Below, piece by piece: positions 11,071 to 23,830 of a stretch of DNA of 64,000 nucleotides. The translations under genes were made by a program, and so were the position numbers. Origin of the DNA: an uncultured Clostridia bacterium (GTDB lineage Bacteria; Bacillota; Clostridia; TANB77; CAG-508); assembly GCA_947626885.1 (NCBI GenBank), contig CANQTX010000003.1, positions 18,313 through 82,312 of the forward strand, read 5' to 3'. Position 1 is the first letter of the stretch. The number at the start of each line of letters is the position of its first letter. Below the pieces are notes generated by a model. The model did no database searches. It had not been told where the DNA came from and saw only the letters and a program-made list of their open reading frames with translations.

Positions 11071-11386
11071 TTTGCACCTCCTATATTTTAAAGATAATTT
11101 TTTTATTATTTTCCTTTATAAAAATAAAATTCCTCACAAGTGATACTTATTATACTATAAACTTCTTTATAAAGTCAAGCAAAATATAACAATCCGTTAT
11201 TTTTTTTACAATTTTATTACAAATTATTTTTTTATTTTTTCTGCCTTCCTTAAACATTTATCCTATAATTTAAAAAAATATTATGATATTCATTAAACTA
11301 AAGAGATTTTTTAAGAATTTTAACTTGATATTTTTTTTTTTATTTGATATGATAAGGACATCATAAAAGTATCAATTAAAAATACG

Positions 11387-11465
11387 TTTTCCACAAAAGT
11401 TACCCTTCATTATTCCTTGAGGCTTTCCCATTTTTGACTATGTTTGTGGAAAACCTTGTGGATAA
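11387..11465. promoter_or_regulatory. oriC part 1: DnaA-box cluster upstream of dnaA
   Basis: TTTTCCACA at 11387-11395, TGTGGAAAA at 11445-11453, and a perfect TGTGGATAA (reverse complement of TTATCCACA) at 11457-11465. Confidence 0.75.
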
Positions 11466-11497
11466 AAAAAGCGAAGAAAGGATGGTTTTTTTCATAA

Positions 11498-12850
11498 ATG
11501 TATTCTGATAAAAATGATTTACTTACAAAAGCAAAAGATCTTTTAAAAGAAGAAATGACAGCAATTTCCTATTCAACATGGATAAAAAATTTAGAAATAG
11601 AATCTATCCATGACAATAAAATCGTTTTAGTTGCGTTATCAACCATGCAAAAAGATGCTTTAGAAACTAGATTATATGATTTAATTTGCAATACTTTTAA
11701 TTTTATTACTAATAAATCTTGTGAAATTACAATTATTGAAAAAACAGAAAATAATTCAACACAAGTATTACCAGAAGAAGAGAATAATGATTTTATTCAT
11801 ACAGAAAATTATCATAATAGTTTTTTAAATCCAAGATATACCTTTGAAAACTTTGTTATTGGCAATAATAATAAATTTGCACAAGCAGCAGCATATGCGG
11901 TTTCAGAAGCTCCTGCTACTGCTTATAATCCATTATTTATCTATGGAGGAGTAGGACTTGGTAAAACCCATTTAATGCAAGCAATTGGTAATAAAATTAT
12001 AAAAAATAATCCTAATACCAAAATTTTATACGTAACATCAGAAAATTTTATTAACGAATTAGTAAATTCTATCAAAGATCCTAACTTTAAAAATGAATTA
12101 TTTAGGAATAAATATAGAAATATAGATGTCTTATTAATTGATGATATTCAATTTATCGCTGGCAAAAAAACAGGTCAAGAAGAATTTTTCCACACATTTA
12201 ATACATTACATCAAAATGGAAAACAAATTATTATCTCTAGTGATAAACCACCAAGAGATATTCCTTTATTAGAAGAAAGATTGAAATCAAGATTTGAATG
12301 GGGAATATTAGCAGATATTTCTATGCCGGATTATGAAACACGTTTAGCTATTCTAAGAAAAAAAGTACAATCTGATAGTATTATTATTGATGACTACATT
12401 TTATCTGTTATTGCAACCAAAATAGATTCTAATATTCGAGAATTAGAAGGTGTTTTAAATAAAATTATTGCTTACGCATCATTAACACATAGTCCAATTA
12501 CCATAGAAATGGCTGAAAAAGCTATCAATGATGTAGCTCTCCAAAAAGAAAAAATTATTTCTGCGGAATACATACAAGAAGTTGTGTCTAAATATTTTAA
12601 TATTGATAAAAAAGATTTAATATCTGCCAAAAAATCTAATGATATTGCTCATCCTAGGCAAATTGCTATGTATTTGTGTAGAACCATGGGCCAAATGTCT
12701 TTTCCTAAAATAGGTGGCGAATTTGGAAATAGAGATCATACTACGGTAATGCATGCAGTCAATAAAATTGAAAAAGAAATAAAAGAGAATAAAAACACAA
12801 AATTAATTGTGGATAGTGTGAAAAACATTATTCAAGATTCTAGTTCCTAA
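11498..12850 (+). CDS. dnaA: Chromosomal replication initiator DnaA
   Basis: 450 aa, Walker A GGVGLGKTHLMQAIG, domain IV DHTTVMHA. Confidence 0.98.
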   Translation: MYSDKNDLLTKAKDLLKEEMTAISYSTWIKNLEIESIHDNKIVLVALSTMQKDALETRLYDLICNTFNFITNKSCEITIIEKTENNSTQVLPEEENNDFIHTENYHNSFLNPRYTFENFVIGNNNKFAQAAAYAVSEAPATAYNPLFIYGGVGLGKTHLMQAIGNKIIKNNPNTKILYVTSENFINELVNSIKDPNFKNELFRNKYRNIDVLLIDDIQFIAGKKTGQEEFFHTFNTLHQNGKQIIISSDKPPRDIPLLEERLKSRFEWGILADISMPDYETRLAILRKKVQSDSIIIDDYILSVIATKIDSNIRELEGVLNKIIAYASLTHSPITIEMAEKAINDVALQKEKIISAEYIQEVVSKYFNIDKKDLISAKKSNDIAHPRQIAMYLCRTMGQMSFPKIGGEFGNRDHTTVMHAVNKIEKEIKENKNTKLIVDSVKNIIQDSSS

Positions 12851-13021
12851 TAAAATAAATCAAAAATGAATTTTTTAAAACCATACTTTTGCAAACACAT
12901 TTTTTTTAAAAATAGAGCAATAAATACTTACGGAAGCACAAGAAACGTTATTAACAACTTGTTGTGAAAAAGCTGTATAAATATTGTTAATAACAATAGA
13001 TTCACAAATGATATTGAATTG

Positions 13022-13103
13022 TGTGGAAAATTTTCTATATTATACACAGAGTTGTAAACATATTTTTTTCTAGGGAAATACAGTATCTCAGAATTTTTCC
13101 ACT
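13022..13103. promoter_or_regulatory. oriC part 2: weaker DnaA-box cluster between dnaA and dnaN
   Basis: TGTGGAAAA at 13022-13030, TTATACACA at 13040-13048, TTTTCCACT at 13095-13103; AT-rich surroundings. Confidence 0.55.
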
Positions 13104-13164
13104 AAATTCACAATACCTATAACTAATACTACTATTAATATTAATAAAATAAAAGGAGAAAAAA

Positions 13165-14280
13165 ATGAAAATTATTTGTGAAAAAGAGAAAATCTTAAAA
13201 GGAATTAATTCTGTGATTAATGGTGTAGCCTCAAAAACAACAATGCCTATATTAGAAGGTATTTTAATTCAAACAAATGAAAATGAATTGAAATTAACTT
13301 CATATGATTTAGAAATAGGTATAGAATATATTGTAGAAGCAAAAATAGAAGAACAAGGTAATACAGTCGTTAATGCTATTATGTTTAGTGAAATTATTAG
13401 AAAACTTCCTTCATCCGATATAAAACTTCGCTTAAATGAAAATCAGTTATTAGAAATAGAATGTGAAGGTTCTTTATATAAATTAGCAACAATGAATCCA
13501 GATGAATTTCCTGAATTACCAAAAATTAATGTCGATAATTCCATTGAAATAGAGCAAACCACACTAAAAAATATGATTAGAAAAACGATATTTGCTGTTA
13601 GTACAGAAGAAAATAGACCTATATTTACAGGATGTTTATTTGAAGTTAATGATAATACATTAAATGTAGTGGCTGTTGATGGTTATCGATTAGCAATAAA
13701 AAGCAATAAGATTAATGAAAAAGTGAATAATTTTAATAGTGTTATACCAGGAAAAACATTAAATGAAGTAAATAAGATTATTGCAGATTCTTTTGATACT
13801 ATAAAAATAGGAATTGCAAGAAATCAAGCTTTATTTGAGATGGAAAATTGTAAAATTGTTACTCGACTATTAGACGGAGAATTTTTAAAATATACTAATA
13901 CAATTCCACAAACATGGGAAACCAGGATAAAAGTCAATAAGAATCATATTCAAAATTGTTTTGAAAGAATTTCACTAATTTCGTCTTCTTCTATAGAAAA
14001 AGAAAAAAAATATCCTGTTAAAGTTAATATAGAAATTGGCAAAGTAATTATATCTTGTGCCAATCAGACAGGGGATGCGAAAGAAGAAATTTTTGTAGAG
14101 ACAGAAGGAAAAGAATTAGAAATAGGTTTTAATCCAAGATTTTTCTTAGATGCTTTAAAAGCAATTGATGATGAAGAAGTTTATATAGAATTTGGAACCA
14201 ATCGTTCTCCTTGCATTATAAAACCGATAGATGATGGTGACTATATTTATATGATTTTACCAATAAAAATGAAAGAATAA
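13165..14280 (+). CDS. dnaN: DNA polymerase III beta sliding clamp
   Basis: 371 aa, family-typical sequence throughout, position after dnaA. Confidence 0.97.
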   Translation: MKIICEKEKILKGINSVINGVASKTTMPILEGILIQTNENELKLTSYDLEIGIEYIVEAKIEEQGNTVVNAIMFSEIIRKLPSSDIKLRLNENQLLEIECEGSLYKLATMNPDEFPELPKINVDNSIEIEQTTLKNMIRKTIFAVSTEENRPIFTGCLFEVNDNTLNVVAVDGYRLAIKSNKINEKVNNFNSVIPGKTLNEVNKIIADSFDTIKIGIARNQALFEMENCKIVTRLLDGEFLKYTNTIPQTWETRIKVNKNHIQNCFERISLISSSSIEKEKKYPVKVNIEIGKVIISCANQTGDAKEEIFVETEGKELEIGFNPRFFLDALKAIDDEEVYIEFGTNRSPCIIKPIDDGDYIYMILPIKMKE

Positions 14281-14335
14281 ACACAAAAAGTTACATTTAT
14301 GTAAGAGAGAATAAAAAAGTAGGAAAAATAGAAGC

Positions 14336-15406
14336 ATGTACATAAAAAAAATTCATTTAAATCATTTTAGAAATTATCATCAGCAAGAAATAGAATTTAA
14401 TCCTCATATTAATATTTTTTATGGAAATAATGCGCAAGGAAAAACCAATATTATAGAAGCTATATTTTTATGTGCTTATGGAAAATCTTTTCGTTCTAAA
14501 AAGGATAAAGAGTTAATTCAATTTGGGGAAAAATCTTCAAAAATTGAAATTTTATATGAAATGAAAGATAGAGCAGGAAAGATTTCTTCAGAAATAGGGG
14601 AGAGTAAGATATTTTTTGTTAATGATATAAAACAAAAAAAAATGAGTGATATTTTAGGAAAAATTCATATTGTTATTTTTACGCCTGATGATATAGAAAT
14701 CATAAAAGGAGGACCTAAAGAAAGAAGAAAATTTCTCGATATGATGATTAGTTCTTTAAGACCTCATTATGTACATTTATTAAATCATTATAACCAAATA
14801 TTAGAACAAAGGAATTATTATTTAAAAAAAATAAAATTAGAAGATAAGCCAATTACTATGTTAGATATTTGGGACGAACAATTAGCAGAGGATGCTGCTA
14901 AGATTTATACATATCGAAAATATTTTATTGAAAAAATAGAAGAAAAAATACAAGATATTCACAATATTATAACAAAAAGTGGAAAAGAAGCCATAAAAAT
15001 AAAATATATTTCTAATGGAAGTACCAAAGAAATTTTTGAAGAAAATTTAAAAAAATCAAGACAAGTAGACATTTATAGAGGGTTTACAGGAATTGGTATA
15101 CATAGAGATGATTTTATGATATATATTAATGATAGACAAGTTTCTATCTTTGGCTCTCAAGGACAACAAAGAACAGTTGTATTAACATTAAAAATATGTG
15201 AATTAAATATTGTGAAAGAAGAATTACAAGAAACACCCATTCTTTTATTAGATGATTTTATGTCTGAATTAGATGAACAGAGAAGAAAAAATTTTTTAGA
15301 AAATATTAAAGATAGTCAAGTCATTATTACATGTACTGATAAAATTGCAATTGATGTTAATCAGTCTAATTTTCTTATAGAAGATGGTGTTTGTCAGAAT
15401 GGTTAG
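14336..15406 (+). CDS. recF: DNA replication and repair protein RecF
   Basis: Walker A GNNAQGKTNIIEA, signature GSQGQQRT, Walker B LLLDD. Confidence 0.95.
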   Translation: MYIKKIHLNHFRNYHQQEIEFNPHINIFYGNNAQGKTNIIEAIFLCAYGKSFRSKKDKELIQFGEKSSKIEILYEMKDRAGKISSEIGESKIFFVNDIKQKKMSDILGKIHIVIFTPDDIEIIKGGPKERRKFLDMMISSLRPHYVHLLNHYNQILEQRNYYLKKIKLEDKPITMLDIWDEQLAEDAAKIYTYRKYFIEKIEEKIQDIHNIITKSGKEAIKIKYISNGSTKEIFEENLKKSRQVDIYRGFTGIGIHRDDFMIYINDRQVSIFGSQGQQRTVVLTLKICELNIVKEELQETPILLLDDFMSELDEQRRKNFLENIKDSQVIITCTDKIAIDVNQSNFLIEDGVCQNG

Positions 15407-15424
15407 AAGAGGAGAAAAAATCAA

Positions 15425-15670
15425 GTGTATTTGCATATAGGAAAAGATATTATTATTCATAATGAGGATATTATTGGTATTTTTAATATTGAATATATAA
15501 AAAATACAAAAGAATATAAAAATTGTATTATGCAATTACAAGAAATTAATCATATAAAAGATATTTCTGAAAATCAGAAAAAAACATTTATCTTAATAGA
15601 AAAGAATAATCAAATAGAAGGGTATATAACCAATATTAGTACAAATACAATAGTAAAAAGAAAAATGTAA
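15425..15670 (+). CDS. DUF370 (RemB/YaaB-like) small protein, GTG start
   Basis: 81 aa; occupies the recF-gyrB slot held by yaaB/remB in Bacillus; sequence resembles DUF370. Confidence 0.65.
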   Translation: MYLHIGKDIIIHNEDIIGIFNIEYIKNTKEYKNCIMQLQEINHIKDISENQKKTFILIEKNNQIEGYITNISTNTIVKRKM

Positions 15671-15685
15671 TAACGAGGAGGATAT

Positions 15686-17615
<1,930 letters not shown>

Positions 17616-17643
17616 TAGAGAAAAATAAAAAAAGAAATAGGAT

Positions 17644-17671
17644 AAAGCCATAAAAATTATTTTATGGCTTT
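17644..17671 (+). terminator. Hairpin terminator after gyrB
   Basis: AAAGCCATAAAA-atta-TTTTATGGCTTT, a 12-bp perfect stem 29 nt after the gyrB stop. Confidence 0.65.
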
Positions 17672-18399
17672 TGTCCTATATAAAACTTATATTAACTTTC
17701 AGTAAAAACCAATATACATAATTTTTTAACCTAGTTTATATTACTATAAACATAAGCTATAAACCACATATATTCATCTTTTTCTAGATTACAAATCCAC
17801 TTTCAATATTTATTTTCTTCCTATAAGGAATATCAATAAACACTTTCCAATAGAAGAATAATCACGACTTCAAATATATTATCTAATTTCAAACCGATTT
17901 CATTAATAAGAAAAAAGCTTTTAGATACATAATATACTCTTTGTGTCCAACATAAAATAATAAAAGTATTATTCACTATTTTATATCTTAACTCGATCTT
18001 ATATCATACCAGTTTCTTTTGATATGATATAACTCTAAGTTAGGCTAATATAAATTTTATAATTTTATTATTTGTAAAAAGAAAAAAAATATACAAGAAT
18101 TTTTGTATTTTTGAAAAGAATATTAATCCCCAATATAAAAATGGATTATTTGAAATGAGTAAGAAATAAGTTATCATCGAGAAAAAAAGAAAAGTGGAAA
18201 AAAATATTAGGAAAAACTGTTAATAAGTTTATGATATAAAAAGTGAGTGAAAAATGAAAAAAAAATAAAAGTAGTAAAAAAAAACAATAGAATTTTAATA
18301 AAATGATATTACGATAAAAAAGGAAAAGAGATAACCGAATACAAAATAAAAAAATAATGTATAAGAATTGAGAGAAAAATAGAATTTATAAAAAAATAT

Positions 18400-19440
18400 T
18401 TTTTTATAAATTTTTTTTATGTTTGATATAAAATAGAGAAAGTAAAAAAACAAAAGCAAGAAAGAACAAATGTTTTATAAAATAGAGAAAAGATATATTT
18501 ATAAAAAGAAACAGTTGATCGTAAAAAAAATATAAGTAAATCATATACAAAAAACAAAAGAACAGATGTACGAAAATTTGGCTTAAAAACAGTAAAAAAT
18601 CTTTGGGAAATAAGAAAAAATAGAAAATTTAATATAAAAAAACAATTGTTTACATAAAGTAAAAAACAACAAATACAAAAAGACAAAAAATATAAAAGAC
18701 AAAAGAGTTAATTACTACAAAAAATATAATTGAAAAGTTAAAAAAAAAGATGCAGAAATGATATGAACAGAGAGAGCAAAAATGAAAAATGAAATGTGTG
18801 AAAAACAAAAAAATAGAGAGTAAAAAAGATAAAAAACAATGAAAAAAAGAATATATAAATTCAAAAAGAGTATCTCAAAATGCTTTTAAATTAAAAAATA
18901 GTAAAAAAAAAGGGCTATATAATAAAAAAAAATATTTTTTTTTATTATATATAGTCAATAAAAATAAAGAAGAATAGTCACTAAAGAGATAAAGAAGATA
19001 GGAAAAAAAAGATAGATGAAAGATGAAGGTAAAGTAGCATGAAAATAGGTAGGAAAATGATAAACATCAAAAAAAAAGAGATGCTATCATTTTGTACAAT
19101 AAAGTTTGGATGATGTAAATAGATCAAATAAAATGCAAGAAAAATAAATTCCTCAAAAGTATGGGAAATAAGAAAAAAACACAAATTATAAAAAAAAAAC
19201 AGAAGTTTACATAACAAAAAAGAAAAATGATTCAAAATGACAAAAATTAAAAAATAAAAACAAGAAAGAAGTGAAGAGAAAGATAGAAAAAAACATAAAA
19301 AAATTTTTGAAAATGGGCAATAAAACGATGTAAAAAATTTTTTATCAAAGTAAAAAAAGGGTATGTGGAAAATAAAAAAAAAGACAAAAACAAAAAGAAA
19401 ATTTTTCAAAAAAGAAAAAGTATTTTCAAAAATATATTGA
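18400..19440 (-). repeat. Gene-free tract (A-rich on plus strand) with two copies of the same repeat module as 455-1500, in inverted orientation
   Basis: Reverse complements of GTTATGTAAAC at 19205-19215 and CTTTATGTAAAC at 18648-18659. Reverse complements of TTATTTCCCA at 19162-19171 and 18604-18613. Reverse complements of TTTTGTCTTTTTG tracts near 18668-18700. Confidence 0.6.
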
Positions 19441-19496
19441 CAGAAAAAAGAAATTATTGTATTATTGTTTCACATTTTTAGAAAGGAGCGTATAAA

Positions 19497-20084
19497 ATAA
19501 AAAAAGAAAAATCTACACAAACTTGGTTACCGTTTGATAGAATTCTCGAAAATGGTATTATTGTTCATAAAAATTATTATATCAAAATAATAAAAGTTAT
19601 TCCTATCAATTATGATTTAAAATCAAATTTAGAAAAAGAAGCTATTTTAAATGCATATAAACTTTTTTTAAAAACATGTAATTTTAATTTTCAAATTCTG
19701 ATTCAAAGTAAAAAAGAAAATCTATCGAAACATATTTCCCAAATTAAACAAATAAATGAAAAAGAAAAAAATGAGACACTAAAAACGATAGCCAATAATT
19801 ATATTTTATTTATTAAAAATAAAAATGAAGCAAATAAGTCTTCTTCAAAAAATTTTTATATTATCATTCAGTATCATTCAGAAAATATTCCCATAGAAAA
19901 TGAAGAGAAAATGAATGCTGAAACAATAGCTATGCATTATTTAAATGAATGTTATTTTAAGATCAAAGAAACATTATCAAGATGTGGAAATACAGTATAT
20001 GACATGGCATCTAAAACAGAATCAGAAACAATTTTAAATTCTTTTTTTCATCCTAATACAAAATTAAAAGAAATAAGGTGGTGA
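19497..20084 (+). CDS. VirB4/TrsE-family N-terminal domain protein; ORF open from 19482 with no ATG/GTG/TTG start, candidate ATA start at 19497
   Basis: Manual translation gives ..KKEKSTQTWLPFDRILENGIIVHKNYYIKIIKVIPINYDLKSNLEKEAILNAYKLFLKTCNFNFQILIQSKK.. ending KEIRW. RBS GAAAGGAG at 19481-19488 lies 8 nt before ATA. The ORF overlaps the next ORF in GTGGTGA. Confidence 0.5.
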   Translation: MKKEKSTQTWLPFDRILENGIIVHKNYYIKIIKVIPINYDLKSNLEKEAILNAYKLFLKTCNFNFQILIQSKKENLSKHISQIKQINEKEKNETLKTIANNYILFIKNKNEANKSSSKNFYIIIQYHSENIPIENEEKMNAETIAMHYLNECYFKIKETLSRCGNTVYDMASKTESETILNSFFHPNTKLKEIRW

Positions 20085-21871
20085 TAATGATAGAAAATTT
20101 TTATCTAGGCATGTTAAATACAAAAGATAAAATGGCGCCAAGTTATATTAATAATAAAAATCCTAAGTATTTAGAAATAGATGGTATTTTTTATAGTGGT
20201 ATTTTAGTGATTGATTATTATCGAGAATATAGTGATATTATATTTAAAAATTTAATGCATACTAATATCAATATGTATATTTCTGTTTTTTATGAGAAAC
20301 AAGATACTTATAAAACAATAAAATCTTTAACATATTTTATTGGTAATGTTGGTGTTGATTTAAAATCAGGAAATACCAATAGAGAAGATATAGATATTGC
20401 TGCCTATACATATAATGATGCAAAATATATTAGAAAAGAAATGCAAGTAAATAATGAAGAACTTTATTATTTGTATACATATGTAACTATTATTGCAGAA
20501 AGCGAAAATGAAATAGAAAGAAATATCAATAAAATTGAAGGAATTTTACAATCTTCTGGAATGGCAACAAGAAAAGCAAATTTTAGGCAAGAGCAGACGT
20601 TTTTTTCTTGTCTTCCTCTTATGATTAATCATGAAGATATAAAAAGGGTGAGCAGAAGAAATATTTTAAGTAGTGGACTTGTAGCAACATATCCTTTCAT
20701 TTCATCTAATTTGTGTGATGAGCAAGGAATTTTTATTGGAAGCAATATTTATAATAATTCTATGATTTTTGTAGATAGATTTGATAGAGAAAAATATAAA
20801 AATGCTAATATGTGTATTTTTGGAACAAGCGGTGCTGGAAAATCATTTTATACGAAATTATTAATTCTTCGTTGTCGTATGTTAGGGTTAGAACAATATG
20901 TTATTGATCCAGAAAGAGAATATGATAAAGTTTGTAAAAATCTTGATGGCATCTTGATTAAATTTGGACCAACTTCTAATACATTTATTAATATATTAGA
21001 TATTCGAGAAGATAGTATAGAAGAAGAAAAAGGTTTTTTAACAACAAAGATTGGAAAATTAAGAGGATTTTTTAGTTTAGTATTGGGAGATTTAGATGAA
21101 GAAAAGATAGCTTTGTTAGAGGAAAAATTAATAGAAGTTTATCGAGAAAAAGGTATTACATTTGATGATGCGAGTTTATATAAGCAAGATGAAAAAGGCA
21201 ATATGATTTTTAAATCTAGTAAAGACATGCCTATTTTACAAGATGTTTATGAAGCATTTGAAAAAGATGAAAAAACAATATTTTTTAAAAGAAAATTATA
21301 TCCATTTATTTATGGTTCTCTTAAATTTTTAAATCATCATACCAATATTCAATTGACCAATAAATTAATTGTAGCAGACATTTACGAACTGGGAGAAGAT
21401 AATTTGCAGTATGGAATGTATATTTTTATAGAATTATTTTTTGATAAGATAAAAAAAGATAGAAATGTAAAAAAAGCAATTTATTTAGATGAGATTTGGC
21501 GTTTAATAGGTGTTACATCGAATCAATTTGTTGCAAGTTTTATTTATAAAATTTTTAAAACGATTAGAAAGTATGGAGGAAGTGCAGTAGCAATTACACA
21601 AGATGTATCTGATTTATTTAGTTTAAATGAAGGTGCTTATGGAAAAAGTATTTTAAATAATTCAAGCATAAAATCGTTTTTCTCTTTAGAAGAGGAAAAT
21701 ATTATGGTTTTAGAAAAATATGCCAATATTACTGAAAAAGAAAAAATAGAAATTAAGTCTTTGAAAAGAGGAGAAAGTTTAATGTTTATAGGGGACAATC
21801 ATATTCTAGCTAAAGTTGAATGTTCAGAAGAAGAAAAAAATCTAGTAACAAAAATTACTGAAAAGAGGTAA
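20078..21871 (+). CDS. VirB4/TrsE/TcpF-like T4SS ATPase (ATPase portion)
   Basis: Walker A FGTSGAGKSFYTK, Walker B AIYLDEIW, typical YP..S region VATYPFISS. Confidence 0.85.
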   Translation: MVIMIENFYLGMLNTKDKMAPSYINNKNPKYLEIDGIFYSGILVIDYYREYSDIIFKNLMHTNINMYISVFYEKQDTYKTIKSLTYFIGNVGVDLKSGNTNREDIDIAAYTYNDAKYIRKEMQVNNEELYYLYTYVTIIAESENEIERNINKIEGILQSSGMATRKANFRQEQTFFSCLPLMINHEDIKRVSRRNILSSGLVATYPFISSNLCDEQGIFIGSNIYNNSMIFVDRFDREKYKNANMCIFGTSGAGKSFYTKLLILRCRMLGLEQYVIDPEREYDKVCKNLDGILIKFGPTSNTFINILDIREDSIEEEKGFLTTKIGKLRGFFSLVLGDLDEEKIALLEEKLIEVYREKGITFDDASLYKQDEKGNMIFKSSKDMPILQDVYEAFEKDEKTIFFKRKLYPFIYGSLKFLNHHTNIQLTNKLIVADIYELGEDNLQYGMYIFIELFFDKIKKDRNVKKAIYLDEIWRLIGVTSNQFVASFIYKIFKTIRKYGGSAVAITQDVSDLFSLNEGAYGKSILNNSSIKSFFSLEEENIMVLEKYANITEKEKIEIKSLKRGESLMFIGDNHILAKVECSEEEKNLVTKITEKR

Positions 21872-21877
21872 AAATAT

Positions 21878-23083
21878 ATGAAACGAGTCATAACAGCTAT
21901 GGGAGATCCTTATTTAAATAACAAGTTAAAAGAAATAACAGAAATAGAAGTAATATCAAAAGATATACTATATCCAGAAGGTATTTTTGAAACGCTAGAC
22001 CAAGTATCTAAAATTGATATGATAATTATTAGTGCTACGATTTTAATGTCAACAGAAATTGAATATTTTTTTAATCAATTATTAAAAAAATGTGAAAATA
22101 CAGAAATTGTTATCTTTATGGAAGAAAATACAAATTTAGATATTTCGTTTTTAAATAGTATTGGTATATATAAAATATATCCACAAGAAGATAAAGCTGT
22201 GGAAGGATTTTTAGGAAGCTTAAATACAAAAAAAGAAATAAATCATATTTCAAAAGAAATTTCAGAATTAAAAGAAATTATTTTACAGAAAAAAAATAAA
22301 AATATATTAAAAAAATTATCTAAGCATGATGTAGTAAAAAAAGAAAAAGAAACAACAGAAATAAAACATACGGTTTCTATTGTTTCCATTACAGGAAATT
22401 ACGGTATAGGGAAAAGTGTGTTTTCCACCATACTGGCACAATATGTGGAAAACAAAAAAGAAAAAGTATTATTAGTGGATTTTGATTTAACCAATAGTTG
22501 TGTTCATACAATTATGGGAATTCAAAAGTATCCAAATCATGGAACATTTAAGCAGATAGAAAAATTAATAAATTCAGTTACTCCCCATTTAGATGTTCTA
22601 ACTGGGTTAGATTGTGTATTTCATAGTGAAGAAATAATAGAAGTAATAAGAATAAAGGAAATGATTCATATATGGGAAAAAGAATATGATTATATTTTTA
22701 TTGATATGCCAGCTAATATACAAGATAAAAATACAAAAACCATATTATCAATGAGTAATGAAATTATTGTATTAGTAGAACCAAATCTAGTAGGCATAAA
22801 AAAAGCTAAAAATATAATAGAAACATGTCGTATCGATTGGAAAATGCATCAAGATAAAATAAAAATTATTTTTAATAAAACAGATTCATATAAAATTACA
22901 GAAGAAATATTACAAGAGATTTTTAGTGATTATGAAATCTGGTGCTATATACCATATGACCCGAAATATAGTTTATTTATTAATCAGAATAAGGTGATGC
23001 AGATCCAAGAAGAAGTATACCAAAATGTTTATGAAAAATTACAAAGAGAAAGAAAGGAGTATTATGGAAGAACTAACAATTGA
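21878..23083 (+). CDS. CpaE/TadZ-like protein: N-terminal receiver-like domain + ParA/MinD-type P-loop ATPase
   Basis: SIVSITGNYGIGKSVFSTILA deviant Walker A, LLVDFDL, IFIDMP. Confidence 0.65.
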   Translation: MKRVITAMGDPYLNNKLKEITEIEVISKDILYPEGIFETLDQVSKIDMIIISATILMSTEIEYFFNQLLKKCENTEIVIFMEENTNLDISFLNSIGIYKIYPQEDKAVEGFLGSLNTKKEINHISKEISELKEIILQKKNKNILKKLSKHDVVKKEKETTEIKHTVSIVSITGNYGIGKSVFSTILAQYVENKKEKVLLVDFDLTNSCVHTIMGIQKYPNHGTFKQIEKLINSVTPHLDVLTGLDCVFHSEEIIEVIRIKEMIHIWEKEYDYIFIDMPANIQDKNTKTILSMSNEIIVLVEPNLVGIKKAKNIIETCRIDWKMHQDKIKIIFNKTDSYKITEEILQEIFSDYEIWCYIPYDPKYSLFINQNKVMQIQEEVYQNVYEKLQRERKEYYGRTNN

Positions 23084-23783
23084 AAATAATATGCAACAAA
23101 ATTTGGGAAATAAATTAGGAGAATGGCAACATACTTTTTTAGAAAGCACATTAGGTAAAACTATTAATGCAGGGGTAGATATTGGTTTAAAAGCAGTTTT
23201 ACCAGATTTAATAGAAGATGAAGTTATTGATGTGAAAAATACTATTTTAGAGCAAGGTTTTTCAGAGGGAATAAAAGAAATTGTTCAAACAGGTATTAAT
23301 ATGGGAAAAAGTATGCTAGGAATTGTAACAGGTAATTTTGAAAATATTTCTCAAATACAAATGGCGGTTAAGAATGGAGGAATATTAGATAAAGTATCAG
23401 AGCTATTGGATTTTTCAATTCATTTAGCAAAAAATAAAAACTTAATTAATAATCAAATAGCCTCTCTTTTAAAACAAGGAAAGAATTCAATTATTCATTC
23501 TGTAAGTGATAAAATTGAAGAAACGCTTACCAATCAATTAAAATCTGTAGAAAAATTAGAAAAATATTGTAGTAATTGGAATGTGGCCTATGCCAGTCAA
23601 GATTTTTCTAAAATGGAAACAGCTTATAAAAATATAGAACAGTATTTGTCTAAAACGATACCTTTAGAAAATATTATTAATAAGGCAAGAACAATTGAAA
23701 ATTTACATCATTTAATTAAAAATAATGGCCAAAATTTTCATTTAACAGAGGAAGAAATGAAGTTAGCAGAAACATTAGGATAG
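23064..23783 (+). CDS. Hypothetical helical protein in the T4SS block (start moved to the ATG with RBS GAAAGGAG)
   Basis: Track ORF 23025-23783; the internal ATG at 23064 is preceded by GAAAGGAGtatt. No family recognised. Confidence 0.5.
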   Translation: MEELTIENNMQQNLGNKLGEWQHTFLESTLGKTINAGVDIGLKAVLPDLIEDEVIDVKNTILEQGFSEGIKEIVQTGINMGKSMLGIVTGNFENISQIQMAVKNGGILDKVSELLDFSIHLAKNKNLINNQIASLLKQGKNSIIHSVSDKIEETLTNQLKSVEKLEKYCSNWNVAYASQDFSKMETAYKNIEQYLSKTIPLENIINKARTIENLHHLIKNNGQNFHLTEEEMKLAETLG

Positions 23784-23830
23784 TGTCTTGCATTTTAAAT
23801 ATAGTATTTGTATAATAAAAAAGGAGGGAA

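Noticed and set aside
18417-19409. Track ORFs 18417-18686 and 18981-19409 on the minus strand
   Set aside because: Same reasoning: they translate the T-rich strand of the repeat tract, and the GTTATGTAAAC core is read in different frames in different copies. They are not coding.
20057-20090. Whether the VirB4 N-terminal/ATPase junction is another CGG recoding site
   Set aside because: There is no CGG in the overlap. The frame change required is -1, not +1, and the GTGGTGA stop/start overlap fits ordinary translational coupling of two ORFs.
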